Assembly: GCA_910586385.1 (NCBI GenBank)
Contig: CAJUGX010000004.1
Coordinates: forward strand, 54,862-118,861
Length of the DNA: 64,000 nucleotides
Direction: 5' to 3'
Source: an uncultured Christensenella sp.
GTDB taxonomy: Bacteria; Bacillota; Clostridia; Christensenellales; UBA1242
This document shows, piece by piece, positions 62,771 through 64,000 of this stretch. Made by a program: the position numbers and the translations under genes. Each line of letters opens with the position of its first letter. Position 1 is the stretch's first letter. Below the pieces are notes generated by a model. That model saw nothing but the letters and a program-made list of their open reading frames with translations, did no database searches and was not told where the DNA came from.

Positions 62771-64000
62771 TTATCCTCTCTTTTGATAATACACAACGAT
62801 GTTTTCATCTTTGTCAAGAGGGAATGCCACTTCTGGGTTTTGCAAAGTGATGAGTTCTTCTCTCACTTTCAAAGATTTTGCAATATCCCAAGCAGTTTGC
62901 CCAGCTTTTGCAAACACAACTTCAATTGCACAATCTTTTTCTTCCAAATCACCCTGCTCTGCTATGCTAGAGATCACCGCACCAACATTTTCGCAATCAT
63001 AACTTGCCTTGATTTTGAGTTTTGCATCAAAATAGAATTCTCTTCCTTTTTTGACAACAACATCCACATCAAAGACCATTGCCGACACTTCAACTTGAGC
63101 ATCTTCACATGGTACATTTGCTCTCTCAGCAATCACAAATGGCACTTCGATCAAAACACTGTGAAGTGAGTTTGCCTCATCATTGAGATAAACAACATTT
63201 GTTTTGGTGATTCCTTCAACATTCACTTCGCCATTTTTGAGATAAGCATTTGTAATGCAAAGGTTTGTCGCACCAACAAACATAATCTTGTCAACTCTTG
63301 GCTTTTCGCTGTCGAGAGAAAGTGAGCCATCAATTTTTGCTTCAAAGGTATCATACGAAAGAGTCTTTGTCATATCAAAAGATTCAGTTGAGATTTGAAG
63401 TTCTTTTTCAGTGCTATAAACATCTTTTACAACACGCTCACTTCTCTCTTCATAAGAGCGAACATTCACTTCAACTGGGATTGAAAGTCTGATTGTGACT
63501 CCCTTTTCCAACTCTTCAACCTCGCACTTGCAAGCACTTCTCTTGACAACCGCTTCTGCCTCGCTCACTCCTTCTCTGGTTGCACCTTCAAGGTCAATTT
63601 CCTCTTTGAAACTCTCTGTTGTATAAACAGATTCAAACCTGTCATTTTCAGTCAAATACAAAATTCTTGAGACAACATCCCCGCCGACTGACACAAAGTT
63701 GACACCATTTTCAATGGTTTTTATTGACACTTGACTGTCACAGAAAAGCACTTTTCTGATAGGTTCTTTGATAGAGACTTCATTGTCAACAACAAAAGTT
63801 TCTTTCGCTTCACCGACAAAAGTGTTTACAAAAAGCTCGTCATCTTTTATGCAAACAGATTCGTCCCCACCTGAGACGTTTTGCACTTCTCGACCGCAAA
63901 TAAGCACACCACTTTGCTCGCACATGCAAGAAAGTTTGACAGTTGCTCCTGCAACACTGTCAATATGGCAGTCCACAACTTCAACTTTTATGCCAACCTT
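62771..64000 (-). CDS. DUF3794 (SPOCS)-type protein with a LysM-like C-terminus, 5' end beyond the window
   Basis: The ORF track starts at GTG 63976, but the frame stays open to nt 64000 (…KVGIKVEVVDCHIDS), so the gene is probably truncated by the window. The C-terminus GQTAWDIAKSLKVREELITLQNP is LysM-like. Confidence 0.6.
   Translation of the reverse strand, partial: KVGIKVEVVDCHIDSVAGATVKLSCMCEQSGVLICGREVQNVSGGDESVCIKDDELFVNTFVGEAKETFVVDNEVSIKEPIRKVLFCDSQVSIKTIENGVNFVSVGGDVVSRILYLTENDRFESVYTTESFKEEIDLEGATREGVSEAEAVVKRSACKCEVEELEKGVTIRLSIPVEVNVRSYEERSERVVKDVYSTEKELQISTESFDMTKTLSYDTFEAKIDGSLSLDSEKPRVDKIMFVGATNLCITNAYLKNGEVNVEGITKTNVVYLNDEANSLHSVLIEVPFVIAERANVPCEDAQVEVSAMVFDVDVVVKKGREFYFDAKLKIKASYDCENVGAVISSIAEQGDLEEKDCAIEVVFAKAGQTAWDIAKSLKVREELITLQNPEVAFPLDKDENIVVYYQKRG

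Noticed and set aside
1-64000. CRISPR arrays, rRNA genes, IS elements, prophage
   Set aside because: No regularly spaced direct repeats, rRNA-like sequence, transposase or phage structural ORFs were seen on either strand.

Overview
This 64 kb window is a chromosomal segment from an AT-rich, endospore-forming Firmicute (Clostridia-like), with most genes on the minus strand. No rRNA, CRISPR array, transposase, integrase or phage structural gene was seen.

Core blocks:
- hrcA-grpE with a CIRCE operator
- yloV-yloU / rpmB
- rplM-rpsI
- cadC-cadA metal efflux
- one tRNA-Arg(CCT)
- spoIVA
- der-plsY
- feoAB
- nrdR
- spoIIGA-sigE-sigG
- ftsA-ftsZ
- serS
- a rearranged dcw/mur cluster: murC, hydrolase, murF, ddl, murE, mraY, murD, ftsW, murA, ftsQ
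- spoVG
- sleB-ypeB
- spoIIR

Most interesting observations:
1. Five C8-C9 homopolymer tracts all lie just upstream of genes for predicted surface or membrane proteins. Four sit inside or beside promoter spacers, which suggests promoter-level phase variation.
2. One tract precedes a two-gene operon whose lipoprotein carries the catalytic motifs of GT80 sialyltransferases.
3. An AT-rich islet next to the tRNA encodes a zinc-ribbon protein with an RNxxxH (HEPN-like) motif, followed by a complete miniature gene.
4. GrpE has a metallothionein-like Cys/His-rich N-terminus.
5. MurF has a multi-TM region in place of its N-terminal domain.
6. Two paralogous HTH fusion proteins are present.
7. A SpoVM-like 36-codon ORF, missed by the ORF track, lies next to rpmB.

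All functional calls come from reading the translations and from remembered family motifs. No database search was run.
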